Positions 1 to 12,885 of a DNA stretch of 64,000 nucleotides are shown one piece after another. Numbering within the stretch: position 1 is the first letter of the stretch; every line of letters starts with the position of its first letter. The stretch lies in assembly GCA_965217185.1 (NCBI GenBank), contig OZ244252.1, positions 2,144,001-2,208,000 of the forward strand, written 5' to 3'. The position numbers and the translations under genes are program-made. This DNA is from an uncultured Candidatus Entotheonella sp. Its GTDB lineage: Bacteria; Tectomicrobia; Entotheonellia; Entotheonellales; Entotheonellaceae. The notes under the pieces were generated by a model. That model did no database searches, was not told the origin of the DNA, and saw only the letters and a program-made list of their open reading frames with translations.

Positions 1-54
1 CGAGGCCGCTATGTGAAACACCGTGCCCGCGTAATCGTCGAAAAGGACTTCAAG

Positions 55-1332
55 ATGGCCAAGATGGAAGGCTTCAGAGTCAGGAACTTCAAGGTGCTCA
101 AGGACGTGACCTTGGGACGCCTGTGGCTTCAACCGGCAGACCTGTCGCTTACCGCCATGACCGCGGTCATCGGCAAGAATGGCGTGGGAAAGAGTGCGCT
201 GTTCGATGCCTTTGGGTTTCTCGCCGACGCCTTGAAACTCGGCGTCGAAGAGGCCTGCGACGCCCGTGGGCGCGGTGGCTTCGAGAGAATACGTACACAG
301 GGCGAAACAGGCCCTATCGAATTCGAGGTGTATTACAGGGAACATGAAAACGCCCAACCCATTACCTACGAGATCCATATCAAGGTAGATGCTTCCAAGC
401 GTCCTTATGTGTCGGCGGAACACATGCAGGAGGATCAGGAAAATAAGGTAGAGCAATATTTTCTTTTTCTCGTAAACGGCCGGGGCCTGGCGTGGAAGGG
501 AAACCAGTCAGTTGGACAGGTCGATGAAACGGTAGAGGGTTTTGATATTGATGAGGCGATTGAATTCTTGTCGAAAGAAAAAAAAGACATCACAGATGCC
601 GAATTCATTGAATTGGAAGACCGGCGAAGACTTGGCATCGCCACGCTGGGCGCCTTAAAACAACATCCGCGAATTTCCGCTTTCCGCCGCTTTATCGAGG
701 GATGGTATCTCAGCTACTTCACGCCGGACGCGGCCCGCGGCCTGCCACTGGCCGGTCCGCAGAAGCGTCTCAACGTGCATGGCGACAACCTTGGCAACGT
801 CGTGCAGTTCATGGAGCGCGAACATTCGGAGAGGTTTCAGACCATTCTGAAGAAAATTGCCGGCAGAATTCCGGGCATCGACACGATCGATACCGAGAGA
901 ACCAATGACGGCCGCCTATTGCTCCGGTTCAATGACAAAGGTTTTCAGGATCCTTTCTATGCCCAGCAGATGTCCGACGGGACGCTGAAGGTATTCGCCT
1001 ATCTGTTGTTGCTTGAAGACCCGACGCCGCCGCCATTTCTCTGCATCGAGGAACCGGAAAATGGCTTGTACCACAAACTGCTGGAAACCCTGGCCAACGA
1101 ATTCCGCGAGCATGCCAGCGGGGGGCGGGGCGGCTCCCAGGTCTTTGTCACGACGCACCAGCCGTATTTCGTCGATGCCTTGGAGCCAACAGAAGTCTGG
1201 ATTCTGGAAAAAGGTGCGGACGGCTTTTCGACGATTCGCCGGGCAAGCGACGATCCGATCGTGAACAATATGGTCGCGGAGGGACTGCCGTTGGGTGGCC
1301 TGTGGTACAGCGACTATCTTGACGCCAGGTGA
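55..1332 (+). CDS. AAA_21/AbiEii-like ABC-family ATPase (defence-associated)
   Basis: Walker A GKNGVGKS, signature MSDGT, Walker B IEEPEN, switch TTH. AAGGA RBS before ATG 55; the ORF track starts at 13. Confidence 0.85.
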   Translation: MAKMEGFRVRNFKVLKDVTLGRLWLQPADLSLTAMTAVIGKNGVGKSALFDAFGFLADALKLGVEEACDARGRGGFERIRTQGETGPIEFEVYYREHENAQPITYEIHIKVDASKRPYVSAEHMQEDQENKVEQYFLFLVNGRGLAWKGNQSVGQVDETVEGFDIDEAIEFLSKEKKDITDAEFIELEDRRRLGIATLGALKQHPRISAFRRFIEGWYLSYFTPDAARGLPLAGPQKRLNVHGDNLGNVVQFMEREHSERFQTILKKIAGRIPGIDTIDTERTNDGRLLLRFNDKGFQDPFYAQQMSDGTLKVFAYLLLLEDPTPPPFLCIEEPENGLYHKLLETLANEFREHASGGRGGSQVFVTTHQPYFVDALEPTEVWILEKGADGFSTIRRASDDPIVNNMVAEGLPLGGLWYSDYLDAR

Positions 1333-1336
1333 TCGG

Positions 1337-1987
1337 ATGCACTTTGAGATCCTCGTTGAGGATGCGTCCGGCAAGACGGCCCTCGACATCCTGGTTCCGA
1401 AGATCATCGGCGGCCAACACACATTCGAAGTTCATGCTTACAAGGGGATCGGCCGCATTCCCAGAAATCTCACGAGCAGTGCCGCCGTGGGCCATCGCCT
1501 CCTGCTCGACCAACTTCCCAGACTACTCAGAGGGTACGGAAAAACATTTGCCGGGTACGCCGCCGACTATGAATCAGCAGTCATCCTGGTCTGCGATCTG
1601 GATGACAGGTGTCTGAAGGCATTTCGCCAGGAACTTTTCGACGTGCTGAATACGTGCCACCCTAAACCAGAGACCCGATTCTGCATCGCCATAGAAGAAG
1701 GTGAGGCTTGGTTGCTGGGCGACATCCCTGCGATCAAGGCCGCTTATCCCAAGGCCAGGAACGGCGTACTGAATCGTTACGAAAACGATTCCATTTGCGG
1801 TACGTGGGAGCTTCTGGCCGACGCTATCTGCGCTGGTGGCTCAAACGATCTCAAAAGCGAGGGATGGCAGGCAGTAGGCAGGGAAAAATCAGCGTGGTCG
1901 GAAAAAATTACTCCGCAGATGGACGTCGACAACAACGCGTCCCCCAGCTTCCAATACTTTCGCAAGAAGATGCGAGAGCTTACTTGA
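1337..1987 (+). CDS. DUF4276/RloB-like TOPRIM-fold partner of the upstream ATPase
   Basis: N-terminal ILVED, CDLD and EEGEAWLLGD motifs, C-terminal SPSF; 4 bp downstream of the ATPase. Confidence 0.75.
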   Translation: MHFEILVEDASGKTALDILVPKIIGGQHTFEVHAYKGIGRIPRNLTSSAAVGHRLLLDQLPRLLRGYGKTFAGYAADYESAVILVCDLDDRCLKAFRQELFDVLNTCHPKPETRFCIAIEEGEAWLLGDIPAIKAAYPKARNGVLNRYENDSICGTWELLADAICAGGSNDLKSEGWQAVGREKSAWSEKITPQMDVDNNASPSFQYFRKKMRELT

Positions 1988-2105
1988 GTACCCACACTGT
2001 ATGGACTCGCCGGTCGCTTCAACTTGGAGAACGGGTTGCGGAGCACCACGACATCTTGTAGCGACACGTGAATATCACCCGGTCTATAAGGAAAGAGGGC
2101 GGGCA

Positions 2106-2363
2106 ATGGCGAATGCAAGGGAGAACGATGTTGTATTGGGGAAAGTCGTCCAACGTGACCCTGACATCCATAGCGGTGATCTGGTGTTCACCGGTACGCG
2201 GGTCCCGGTGGACAGCCTAGTGGGCTATCTCAAAGGAGGGCATTCCATCGAGGATTTTCTCCAGGATTATCCTACGGTCGAACGCTGGCAGTTGGAGTCG
2301 TATCTGGAACTTTCGCCCCATGGACTGGATTACTTGAGAGCGCGGGATGAAAGTGCTCCTTGA
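2106..2363 (+). CDS. DUF433 family antitoxin-like protein
   Basis: DPDIHSGDLVFTGTRVPV...GHSIEDFLQDYP is the DUF433 pattern. Confidence 0.8.
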   Translation: MANARENDVVLGKVVQRDPDIHSGDLVFTGTRVPVDSLVGYLKGGHSIEDFLQDYPTVERWQLESYLELSPHGLDYLRARDESAP

Positions 2364-2377
2364 TGAGGAAATTCCGA
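2347..2377 (+). pseudogene. Remnant N-terminus of a DUF5615 PIN-like toxin
   Basis: MKVLLDEEIP overlaps the DUF433 end as expected for the cognate toxin; the similarity stops at the DUF499 start. Confidence 0.5.
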
Positions 2378-5300
2378 ATGACAACGCAATCTTCCCGGAA
2401 GCCGTGGCACGAGGTCGTGCAACTGCGCGACGACGTGAGGAGCGGCGAACTGTCACTGGCTGTGTTTGCGGCCGACCTGTACGACGTGGTTATGCAGAAG
2501 GGCCAGCGGCCGGTGTACGAGCAGCCCGCGGAGTTCTTTGCCCTCACTTATCCCACCTACGATCTGCGGGAACTGGTCAAGGACGTGGTCCTGCGTTTGG
2601 CCGGCCAAAGCGACAAGGCGTACCGGAAGCTGTCTGTCAACTACGGCGGCGGCAAGACCCACACCCTCATTGCGCTCAGGCATCTGGTGCACGATCCGGA
2701 CGCGCTGCCGGACGTGCCGGCCGTTCAGGAATTCGAGGCGCACATCGGATTCAAGCCCCCGAAGGCCCGGGTCGCGGCGTTGTGCTTCGACAAGATCGAC
2801 GTGGAAAAAGGTGTCGAGACGCCAGGGCCGGGCGGCGTGGTCCGAATGCTCAGACGCCCGTGGAGCATTCTGGCCTTTCAACTGGCCGGGTCGGACGGTC
2901 TGCGGCTCATTCACGCCGACGGCGAGGACGCCGAGCGAGAGACCCCACCGGCTGAGCCGCTAGTGGTGGAACTTTTGTCAAAGCCGCAACGGGACGGTCT
3001 CTCCACGCTGGTGTTGCTCGACGAGGTGCTGATGTATCTCCGCGTTCAGGTCGAAACGGCTCCGGCGTTGCGCGGTCGTCTGATCAGTTTCTTTCAGTAC
3101 CTCACCCAAGCGGTCGTCAAGGTGGACCGCTGCGCGATGGTGGCCTCGCTGCTGGCCTCCGATCCCCGGAAGCATGACGCTTTTGGCAGCGAGCTGCTTC
3201 GGGATGTCTCCGAGGTCTTCGGCCGCCAGATGGAAGAAGACGCCAGCCCGGTGAGCAAGGAGGACGTGGCCGAGGTTCTGCGGCGGCGGTTTTTCAAACC
3301 TGAGTCGATTCGTGATCCCGGCGCTTTCCGTCCGCACGTGACGTCCGCCGTGGGCAGCATCGCCGTGCACGATGAGCAGACCCGGAAAGAGCGGGGGAAC
3401 ACGGAGGAGCGCTATCTCAGAAGCTATCCCTTTCATCCGGATCTGACTGAAATCTTCTACGCCCGCTGGACTCAGCTCGATGGCTTCCAGCGTACCCGCG
3501 GCATTCTGCGGACGTTTGCCATCGCCCTGCGCGATGCCGAGAAGTGGGACACCAACCCATTGGTAGGGCCGAATGTGTTCTTGAACGCGCCGGACAAAAG
3601 CGATCTGGCCGAAGCCGCAGGCGAACTTGCTTCCCTTGCCAGTGTTGACGGCGGCACCGGCAGGCATCAGGAATGGCGGCCGATCCTCGAGGGCGAACTG
3701 GTCAAGGCGCGCGCCATCCAGGCCGAGGCCACCGGCCTCCGGCACCGGGAGATGGAGCAGGCGGTCATTGCGGTATTTCTGAGTTCTCAACCGATCGGTC
3801 ACAAGGCCTTGACGCAGGAACTGATGGTACTGCTCGGAGCGACCAACCCGGACAAAATAGAACTGGAGAAGGCACTGCGTCGCTGGACCGAGCTGTCGTG
3901 GTTTCTGGACGAGGCAGAGGTCGCCACAGCGGAAACGACCGACTTGCCGAAGGCGTGGCGCCTGGGCAACCGTCCGAATCTGCGGCAGATGCATCATGAT
4001 GCTTGTAACAATCGAGTACGGCCGGCCCTCGTGGAATCGCAGCTCGTCAACGCCATCGAGAAGTTGAAGGCGCTCACCGCGGGTGCGTCCGCGGCCGGCG
4101 CAAGGGTTCACACCTTGCCGGAAAGACCTCGTGACATTGCCGACGACGGCGAGTTCCACTACGCCGTTCTTGGCCCGCAAGCAGCCTCGGAGTCTGGCAA
4201 GCCGAGTCCTCTCGCCAAGCGATTCATCGACGAGACGACCGCCGCCGACCGCCCTCGGGTCCATCGCAACGCCATCGTCCTCGCCGTGCCGTCCAGGGAT
4301 GGCCTCGACGCGGCGCGCACACGGATTCGGGAGTATCTCGGTTGGGAGGAGGTGCGCGGTCAACTCAAGGATCAACCGATCGATCCAGTCCGCGAGCAGA
4401 TGCTCACCCATGAGACGGAGACAGCGAAGCGGCGCATTCCAGAGGCGCTCCGACAGGCATACTCTCTGATTGTCACCGTCAACGAGAGCAATGGTGTTCA
4501 TGCCTTCAAAGTCGTGGTGGACGACGCGCCCTTGTTCACCACGATCAAGGCCGACAAGCGGGCCCGCATCCAGGAAACGGCTATCAGTTCGGAAGCGATG
4601 CTGCCGGATGGCCCTTATGACTTGTGGCGAGAGGGCGAGCCCTCCCGTCGGGTCAAGGATTTGGTTGGCGCCTTCGCGCAGTTCCCCAAGCTGCCCAAGA
4701 TGCTGCGCCACAGGGAAATTCTCGACACTGTAGTGCAGGGGGTTCAGCAAGGCATCTGGGTGGCGCGGGTCGTGCGTCCGGATCGAACGACCAAGACCTT
4801 CTGGCGTACCGCTGTGGACGAAACGGCGATCAAGGACCCCGGCCTGGAGGTGCTGCTTCCCGAGGCGACCACGCTGAGCGAGCTTGACCCCGAATTGATC
4901 GGCTATCAGAACCTTCCGGGGCTGTGGGTGACTGAGGAGGTCAACGTGCAGGACGTGTATGACTACTTTGCGGGCGGCCACACCGTGACGGTGCCGAGGG
5001 ATGGCTACGAAGAAACGCTTACTATCCCGAAATGCGAACCTGCTCAGGTCGAAGACGCCATTCTGCAGGCCGTCGAGCGGGGACTGGCGTGGCTGACGAA
5101 CGGACCGGCCTCCATTCTGAAAGAGTCGGTTCCCGCCGGCGTGCTTAGCGCCTCCGCGATGTTGAGACGACCACCCGAGCGGATCGACATTTCCGAACTG
5201 ACGGCCGATGCGATTCCCGACGCCTGGAAGGATGGCAAGACCAATGCCCTCGCTATTTTCACCGCGCTCTCGGCCCAGCGGGGCATAACCCTGCCCTGGA

Positions 5301-5686
5301 CCACCGTGCAGTCGGCGATAGAAGGCGGTATCCGTGCGCGATGGATTGAACTGAGCAGCAGCGACCCCGCCTCGTGGCCGTGTGAGTTGGCGAGCGCCCA
5401 GTGCGCAATCTTTCAAGTCCCATCCAGAGAAGGCGTCCGCGAAGGCGGAACAGTGCCTTACAAGCCCAAGCCGCGCGGGCTACTCAGTGCCGAGGCCATC
5501 CTGGAAACCCACGGCATCCAGGATTTGGCCGAACAGATTCCAGCCATAGCCAAGGCCGCCGTCGGCAATACTATCAGGTTCAATGTCCGCATCGAGTTGG
5601 AGGGAGAAACAGTCCCCGACGCGAAGACGGTGGAAGCCGTCAACACGCTGCTTTCCGATGTCTCTGAAGAGTTGAAGCTCGGTTGA
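2378..5686 (+). CDS. DUF499 family AAA+ ATPase (restriction-like defence component)
   Basis: KPWHEVV...FAADL start, YGGGKTH Walker A, LLDE Walker B, SYPFHP and FQRTRG motifs. Confidence 0.85.
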   Translation: MTTQSSRKPWHEVVQLRDDVRSGELSLAVFAADLYDVVMQKGQRPVYEQPAEFFALTYPTYDLRELVKDVVLRLAGQSDKAYRKLSVNYGGGKTHTLIALRHLVHDPDALPDVPAVQEFEAHIGFKPPKARVAALCFDKIDVEKGVETPGPGGVVRMLRRPWSILAFQLAGSDGLRLIHADGEDAERETPPAEPLVVELLSKPQRDGLSTLVLLDEVLMYLRVQVETAPALRGRLISFFQYLTQAVVKVDRCAMVASLLASDPRKHDAFGSELLRDVSEVFGRQMEEDASPVSKEDVAEVLRRRFFKPESIRDPGAFRPHVTSAVGSIAVHDEQTRKERGNTEERYLRSYPFHPDLTEIFYARWTQLDGFQRTRGILRTFAIALRDAEKWDTNPLVGPNVFLNAPDKSDLAEAAGELASLASVDGGTGRHQEWRPILEGELVKARAIQAEATGLRHREMEQAVIAVFLSSQPIGHKALTQELMVLLGATNPDKIELEKALRRWTELSWFLDEAEVATAETTDLPKAWRLGNRPNLRQMHHDACNNRVRPALVESQLVNAIEKLKALTAGASAAGARVHTLPERPRDIADDGEFHYAVLGPQAASESGKPSPLAKRFIDETTAADRPRVHRNAIVLAVPSRDGLDAARTRIREYLGWEEVRGQLKDQPIDPVREQMLTHETETAKRRIPEALRQAYSLIVTVNESNGVHAFKVVVDDAPLFTTIKADKRARIQETAISSEAMLPDGPYDLWREGEPSRRVKDLVGAFAQFPKLPKMLRHREILDTVVQGVQQGIWVARVVRPDRTTKTFWRTAVDETAIKDPGLEVLLPEATTLSELDPELIGYQNLPGLWVTEEVNVQDVYDYFAGGHTVTVPRDGYEETLTIPKCEPAQVEDAILQAVERGLAWLTNGPASILKESVPAGVLSASAMLRRPPERIDISELTADAIPDAWKDGKTNALAIFTALSAQRGITLPWTTVQSAIEGGIRARWIELSSSDPASWPCELASAQCAIFQVPSREGVREGGTVPYKPKPRGLLSAEAILETHGIQDLAEQIPAIAKAAVGNTIRFNVRIELEGETVPDAKTVEAVNTLLSDVSEELKLG

Positions 5687-5861
5687 GATTGGATTTCTAC
5701 CGACTGAACCGGCTTGCCAGTTAGTTCGGACAACGGCTTCATGTGAGACGACTGGCAATAATTTGATGGCCAAGAAGCCGTGCCGCTTCCTGCGCAGCAC
5801 GGGCACTTTCCACATGAGAGAAAAGCTGAGCGAAGTGGCAGCAAACTGACCCGGGCCAAAC

Positions 5862-6176
5862 TCAGTTCTCCAACACGACTTCAAAGCATTGCAGGCGGGG
5901 GTGGGAAAGGACCATCCCCTTGGGTAGGGGGTCGCCGCGGTGGACTTGGACGAAGTGGTCGGAGTGCATCCAGGCTTCGAAGGCTTCCTGGGAGGCCCAG
6001 GTGGTGTGCGAGGCGTAATGCACGGCGCCCTCGGACGTCTCGCCGCGCAGCAGGCGGAAGCTCTCGAAGCCGGGCACGCCTTGCAAGCGGCTGCGGCGTT
6101 GGCGCCAACGTTGCTCAAAGCCCTCGGCCTGATCCTCGGCCACCTGGAAATTGTTCAGCGTGATGTAGGCCATCAT
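5862..6176 (-). CDS. Antibiotic biosynthesis monooxygenase (IsdG/HmoA-like)
   Basis: NNFQV...FEQRW...VPGF...W.SQEAFEAW.HSDHF..VH pattern. Confidence 0.8.
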   Translation of the reverse strand: MMAYITLNNFQVAEDQAEGFEQRWRQRRSRLQGVPGFESFRLLRGETSEGAVHYASHTTWASQEAFEAWMHSDHFVQVHRGDPLPKGMVLSHPRLQCFEVVLEN

Positions 6177-6184
6177 CCCTCCCT

Positions 6185-7129
6185 TTATTGGCCTGACGTC
6201 TCCCACACGGAGTCCACGTTGCCGTCGCCGTCGGTGTCACTCTCGACCTTATGCGGCTCGGTGCTGCCGGGCTTGAAGTGCTCCCACTGGTCCGGGCGGC
6301 CGTCGCCGTCCTGATCGTATTCGATGCGCTCCGCGTGACCGTCGGCGGCGTAATGGTGCCATTGATCGGCTTGGCCGTTGTTGCTGGTGTCAAAGGCGCC
6401 ACTGGCAAGTACGCCTTCCTTGTATTCCATCCAGGCGTGCGGCTTGCCGTCCGCGTCAAGGTTTAGCAACTCGCGGGCGGTCCGGCCCTCGCCGTCGTAG
6501 TGGATAATCCGGTCGATCTTGCCGTCGGCGTCCTCGTCGATGTCCACCTGCCCGACCTTACCGTCCGCGTAGCGGTGCCACTGATCCACCTTGCCGTTGC
6601 CGGTGTTGTCGATCTCGATCAGCGACGTAGCGCCCGAAGCATCAAACGACTGCCATTGCTCTGGCTTGCCATTGAAGTCTTGATCCAGGGCGATGCGCAC
6701 CACCTTGCCCTGCTCGAACGTCTGCCACTGGTCGGCATTGCCGTCGCCGTTGGTGTCTTTTTCGAGCCGTTCAAACTGCTTGTCGGCGCCGTAGAAAAGC
6801 TGCTGCTCGAACGTGCCGTCGCCGTCTTCGTCGCTGGCCACGCGCTGCAGGGCGCCGTCGGCGTCATACAATTCGCGCTGGTCCGCCGCGCCCGAGCCGT
6901 TGGTATCGAACTCGGCCTGCACCGCTTTGCCGTCCCGGTAGGTCACCCAGTGATCGACGCGCTCATCGTAATCGCGATCCTTCTCCAGGCGCGTCAGGGC
7001 GTCCGCCTCGTAGTATTCCCATTGATCGATCTGACCGTCGCCGTTGGTATCGAAACGCTGCACCGTTTCCGCCGCGCTTACCGGTAGGCACAATGCCATC
7101 AGCCAGACCATCGCCAGCACAACACGCAT
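6185..7129 (-). CDS. Secreted protein with 12 DxxxDG (EF-hand-like/Ca-binding) repeats
   Basis: Signal peptide, then ~22-23 aa repeats with core D-x-N/D-G-D-G-x-x-D-Q-W. Confidence 0.75.
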   Translation of the reverse strand: MRVVLAMVWLMALCLPVSAAETVQRFDTNGDGQIDQWEYYEADALTRLEKDRDYDERVDHWVTYRDGKAVQAEFDTNGSGAADQRELYDADGALQRVASDEDGDGTFEQQLFYGADKQFERLEKDTNGDGNADQWQTFEQGKVVRIALDQDFNGKPEQWQSFDASGATSLIEIDNTGNGKVDQWHRYADGKVGQVDIDEDADGKIDRIIHYDGEGRTARELLNLDADGKPHAWMEYKEGVLASGAFDTSNNGQADQWHHYAADGHAERIEYDQDGDGRPDQWEHFKPGSTEPHKVESDTDGDGNVDSVWETSGQ

Positions 7130-7140
7130 GATTGATCTCC

Positions 7141-8175
7141 TCACTTGTCTTCAATCTTATAGGCAATAGGTACTTCCACTAGGAGCTCACGACGCCGAAT
7201 GTCGGACGGAAAGGGCGGCAGTTGGCCAACCCGCTTCAAGGCTTGCTTCGCGGCGTCGCCGAACGAGTCGTGGCCGGTGACCTTGACCACTTCCGCGCCG
7301 ACCACCTCCCCGTCCTGGCGCACGGTGAAGCGTAGCACGACTTGGCCGCTCAGCCTTCTGCGCTCGGCGACCCTCGGATAACGCTTGTGGCTTTCCAGCT
7401 TCTGAAAAACATGACCGAGGTAGGACTGAATGGCGTCCTGCTCCTGCTTGGCTTGGAGCCGTTCCTGTTCGGCCTGCGCCTGCAAAACCGCTGCCGGGGA
7501 GGCTTGGCGCGGTTGTGACTGAGCGGTCACGCGGGTCGGCACTGGCGCCACGGTTTGCGGCACGGCCGCGGCCACGCGGCTCGGCGCCTGCCTGCCGGTC
7601 GTCTGGGTGGCGGTTTGCGGTGGCGGCTCGACCGGTGCAATTTCCGGGCGCGGCTGATGCTCCTGCACGACAACGTGTTCACGTGGCGCGATGGTGCGGG
7701 GCTTGCGCTGTTCCTGCGGCTTGGGAATCACGGGTTTGACCGGCGTCGGAGCCACTTGTGGTTTTACGATTTGCTCGGGCCGCGTTTCCACCCGTCGCCG
7801 CGTCTGCATGGCAGCGCGCTGCTGTAATTCCGGCGGCTTCGGCACCACGGGCTGCACCACCGGCACCGGTGCCACCGGCGGCTCGACGGTGTGTTCGGGC
7901 AGGGTCTCCACTCGCTCAATCGGCTTGGGGGTTTGCAAGTCTGCCAAGGGTTCGATCGGCGCCGGCTCGATGGGTATCGGCTCGGCGACGGCAACCTGGG
8001 TCAGCATGGGAACGGTCGTCGGCACCGGCTTGGCGAAGCGCACGACGTAGCGTGTCAGGCGGTAGATATCGGGGGGACTGTCAAACAGGTGGGGCAGGCC
8101 GGTAATGGCCAAGCCGTGCAGGAGGATCGAAAACCCGACCATGAGATACAGCGGCAGCCGACTCGCGTCGGTCAT
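7141..8175 (-). CDS. tonB: Energy transducer TonB
   Basis: N-terminal TM with SILLH, Pro-rich linker, C-terminal YP..A.RR..SGQVVLRFTV domain. Confidence 0.85.
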   Translation of the reverse strand: MTDASRLPLYLMVGFSILLHGLAITGLPHLFDSPPDIYRLTRYVVRFAKPVPTTVPMLTQVAVAEPIPIEPAPIEPLADLQTPKPIERVETLPEHTVEPPVAPVPVVQPVVPKPPELQQRAAMQTRRRVETRPEQIVKPQVAPTPVKPVIPKPQEQRKPRTIAPREHVVVQEHQPRPEIAPVEPPPQTATQTTGRQAPSRVAAAVPQTVAPVPTRVTAQSQPRQASPAAVLQAQAEQERLQAKQEQDAIQSYLGHVFQKLESHKRYPRVAERRRLSGQVVLRFTVRQDGEVVGAEVVKVTGHDSFGDAAKQALKRVGQLPPFPSDIRRRELLVEVPIAYKIEDK

Positions 8176-8603
8176 TGGCTGGCCCCTCCCGATTCCGGCT
8201 GTGTTTCGATGGTGAGCTGGGTGGCCCCCGCCCCTTTGACGGCGTCCATGACCTTGACGAAGTACCGGAAGGCGCTCTGCTCGTCGGCGCGCACCATCAC
8301 CGGCACTTCCGGGTCCTCGGCGACCGCCGCCTCGATGCGCCCTTGCAACTCCTCAAGCGGCACGAACGTCTTGTTGATGAACACGTCGCCGTCGCTGCTG
8401 ACGGAAATGGTGAGGATATCGTTCTGCGCCGCCTCGGGTTCGCTGTGCGCCGCGTCCGGCAGATCGACCTCCAGCGTCGGTTGCACGAACACCGAGGCCA
8501 GCAGAAAGAAGATCAGCAGCAGTAGCATCACGTCGAGCAGCGGCATGATGCTCGGCCCGGACACCACGCTGCGCTGGGCTTGCTCCTCGCTGAGGTTAAG
8601 CAT
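8172..8603 (-). CDS. exbD: Biopolymer transporter ExbD
   Basis: IMPLLDVMLLLLIFFLL, VMVRAD, VKVMDAVK. Confidence 0.9.
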   Translation of the reverse strand: MLNLSEEQAQRSVVSGPSIMPLLDVMLLLLIFFLLASVFVQPTLEVDLPDAAHSEPEAAQNDILTISVSSDGDVFINKTFVPLEELQGRIEAAVAEDPEVPVMVRADEQSAFRYFVKVMDAVKGAGATQLTIETQPESGGASQ

Positions 8604-9264
8604 CAATGGACTCCGATTCCGGGCGGCCCAACAAGCGGATGAGGGCGGTGCTGAAATAGTCCATTTCAAAGGCGCAGCGCTTGACGCGCTGGTCCAGGGC
8701 GTAGTGGAAGATCACCGCCGGGATGGCCACGCTGAGGCCGGCGCCGGTGGTGAGCAGCGCTTCCCAGATGCCGTTGGCGAGCATGCTCGGGTTCACCGCC
8801 CCCTGCGCCGCCGCCACCTGCTGAAAGGCCTTGATCATGCCGACCACCGTGCCCAACAGGCCGAGCAGCGGCGCCAGGCCGGCGAGCAGGCTGAGGGCCG
8901 GAAGCCGCAGGTTGAGCAGGCGCAATTCCCGCCTCGCCTCCATCACGGCAGCTTCCTCCAGGTCGGCTTTTTCCCGGGACTGCGATTCCAATACAGCGCG
9001 CAGCACCGCGGCCAGGGGGCCGCGGAAGAAGCGCACATGGGCATAAGCGCCGGCCATGTCATCGCTGGTAATCATCTCCTCGACCGGGCCGAACAGCGCT
9101 TCCGTATTGGTGCGGGCGCGCCGGAGGCGCACCCACCGTTCGAGGGTTATCGACAGCACCAGCACCGAGCACAGCAGCAGCAGGTACATCAGGCTGCCGC
9201 CCTTGCCGAGAAAGGCCCAGCCGGCTTGCCAGTCGATGCCTTGCCAAATATCCGTCCACGACAT
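8596..9264 (-). CDS. exbB: MotA/TolQ/ExbB proton channel
   Basis: APLLGLLGTVVGMIKAF...GIWEALLTTGAGLSVAIP. Confidence 0.9.
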   Translation of the reverse strand: MSWTDIWQGIDWQAGWAFLGKGGSLMYLLLLCSVLVLSITLERWVRLRRARTNTEALFGPVEEMITSDDMAGAYAHVRFFRGPLAAVLRAVLESQSREKADLEEAAVMEARRELRLLNLRLPALSLLAGLAPLLGLLGTVVGMIKAFQQVAAAQGAVNPSMLANGIWEALLTTGAGLSVAIPAVIFHYALDQRVKRCAFEMDYFSTALIRLLGRPESESIDA

Positions 9265-9306
9265 GGTGCGGTCCCCTGTACGGGAGGGCGGGCGATTGCC
9301 GCGCGT

Positions 9307-11841
<2,535 letters not shown>

Positions 11842-12123
11842 TGCTTCCTCCCTGTGGCCTTGCAGGACTAGCACACTCCAGCCGCCGGGCCATCGGCACA
11901 CGGGATGGAGTTATGCTATCGTGGCACGCCTTCAGTATGGTGGGGTGGGTTGACTTCCTTGATCGTCAAGCAGCGCTTGAACAAAGGCCGAAACTGGCCA
12001 GCCTTTCTTGGGGGCCGCGTGCCGTGTGAGAACGAAGCGAACGGCACATTTCCAAAACGACCACCGGTATGGTTCCGGTCAGTATAACGTATCTTGCCAA
12101 CGCATGGTAGAAGGAGAACGACC

Positions 12124-12885
12124 GTGATCATACGCCCGAATCGGGTGAAAGATCGACTACGCCAGGGTCTGCACGCCCTGTGCTTTGCGGCCTGGGGGTA
12201 TAGCGGCGCCGACCACCTGGAACGCCTGGCTCCGGCGAGTCCGGACGGCGTCTGGCTTGAGGGCGAGCACGGCGACGCGAGCTTCTCCGACCTCGCCAAC
12301 CTGACGCGCGCCATCGACCTGATCGGCGCCACGCCCATCATTCGCGTGCACCAGAACGAGGCGGGCGTCATCTACCGCTGCCTCGACCTCGGCGCCATGG
12401 GCATCGTGGTGCCGCACGTCAACAGCCGCGCCGAAGCGGAAGCGGTGGTGCAGGCGGGCAAGTTCTGGCCGATCGGGAAGCGCGGCTCCTATACCAGCCG
12501 GCAGGGCATCGGGGTGCCGGATTACCACAATCTGGCGAACGACCAGACCATGCTGATCGTGCTGATCGAGGACGTAATTGGGGTGGAAAACCTGGACGAG
12601 ATTCTCGACGTGGAGCACATCGACGTGTTCTTCGTGGCCCCCGGCGACCTGGCGCAGACCATGGGCCTGCCGGGCATGGCGGGCGACGCGCGCGTGCAGA
12701 AGGTGGTGGACGAAACGCTGGCCCGCATCGTGAAGCGCGGCCGGACCGCCGGTGCCCTGGTGACCGAGGCCAGCGCCGCGCACCTGTACGACGTGGGGGT
12801 GCGCTTCTTCATGTCCGGCCCTGCCACGTGGATTGAGGCCGGCTTCAAGCAACTCGACCAGGCTGCTGCGGGAGGTGGGGCATGA
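12124..12885 (+). CDS. HpcH/HpaI aldolase family protein
   Basis: WLEGEHG, LDLGAMGIVVPHV, IED, FVAPGDL. Confidence 0.88.
   Translation: MIIRPNRVKDRLRQGLHALCFAAWGYSGADHLERLAPASPDGVWLEGEHGDASFSDLANLTRAIDLIGATPIIRVHQNEAGVIYRCLDLGAMGIVVPHVNSRAEAEAVVQAGKFWPIGKRGSYTSRQGIGVPDYHNLANDQTMLIVLIEDVIGVENLDEILDVEHIDVFFVAPGDLAQTMGLPGMAGDARVQKVVDETLARIVKRGRTAGALVTEASAAHLYDVGVRFFMSGPATWIEAGFKQLDQAAAGGGA

Noticed and set aside
2978..5416. Long antisense ORFs (812 aa here; also 7891-9651, 44298-45854, 46182-47387, 50082-51263)
   Set aside because: Codon-aligned shadows of real GC-rich genes with no recognisable motifs
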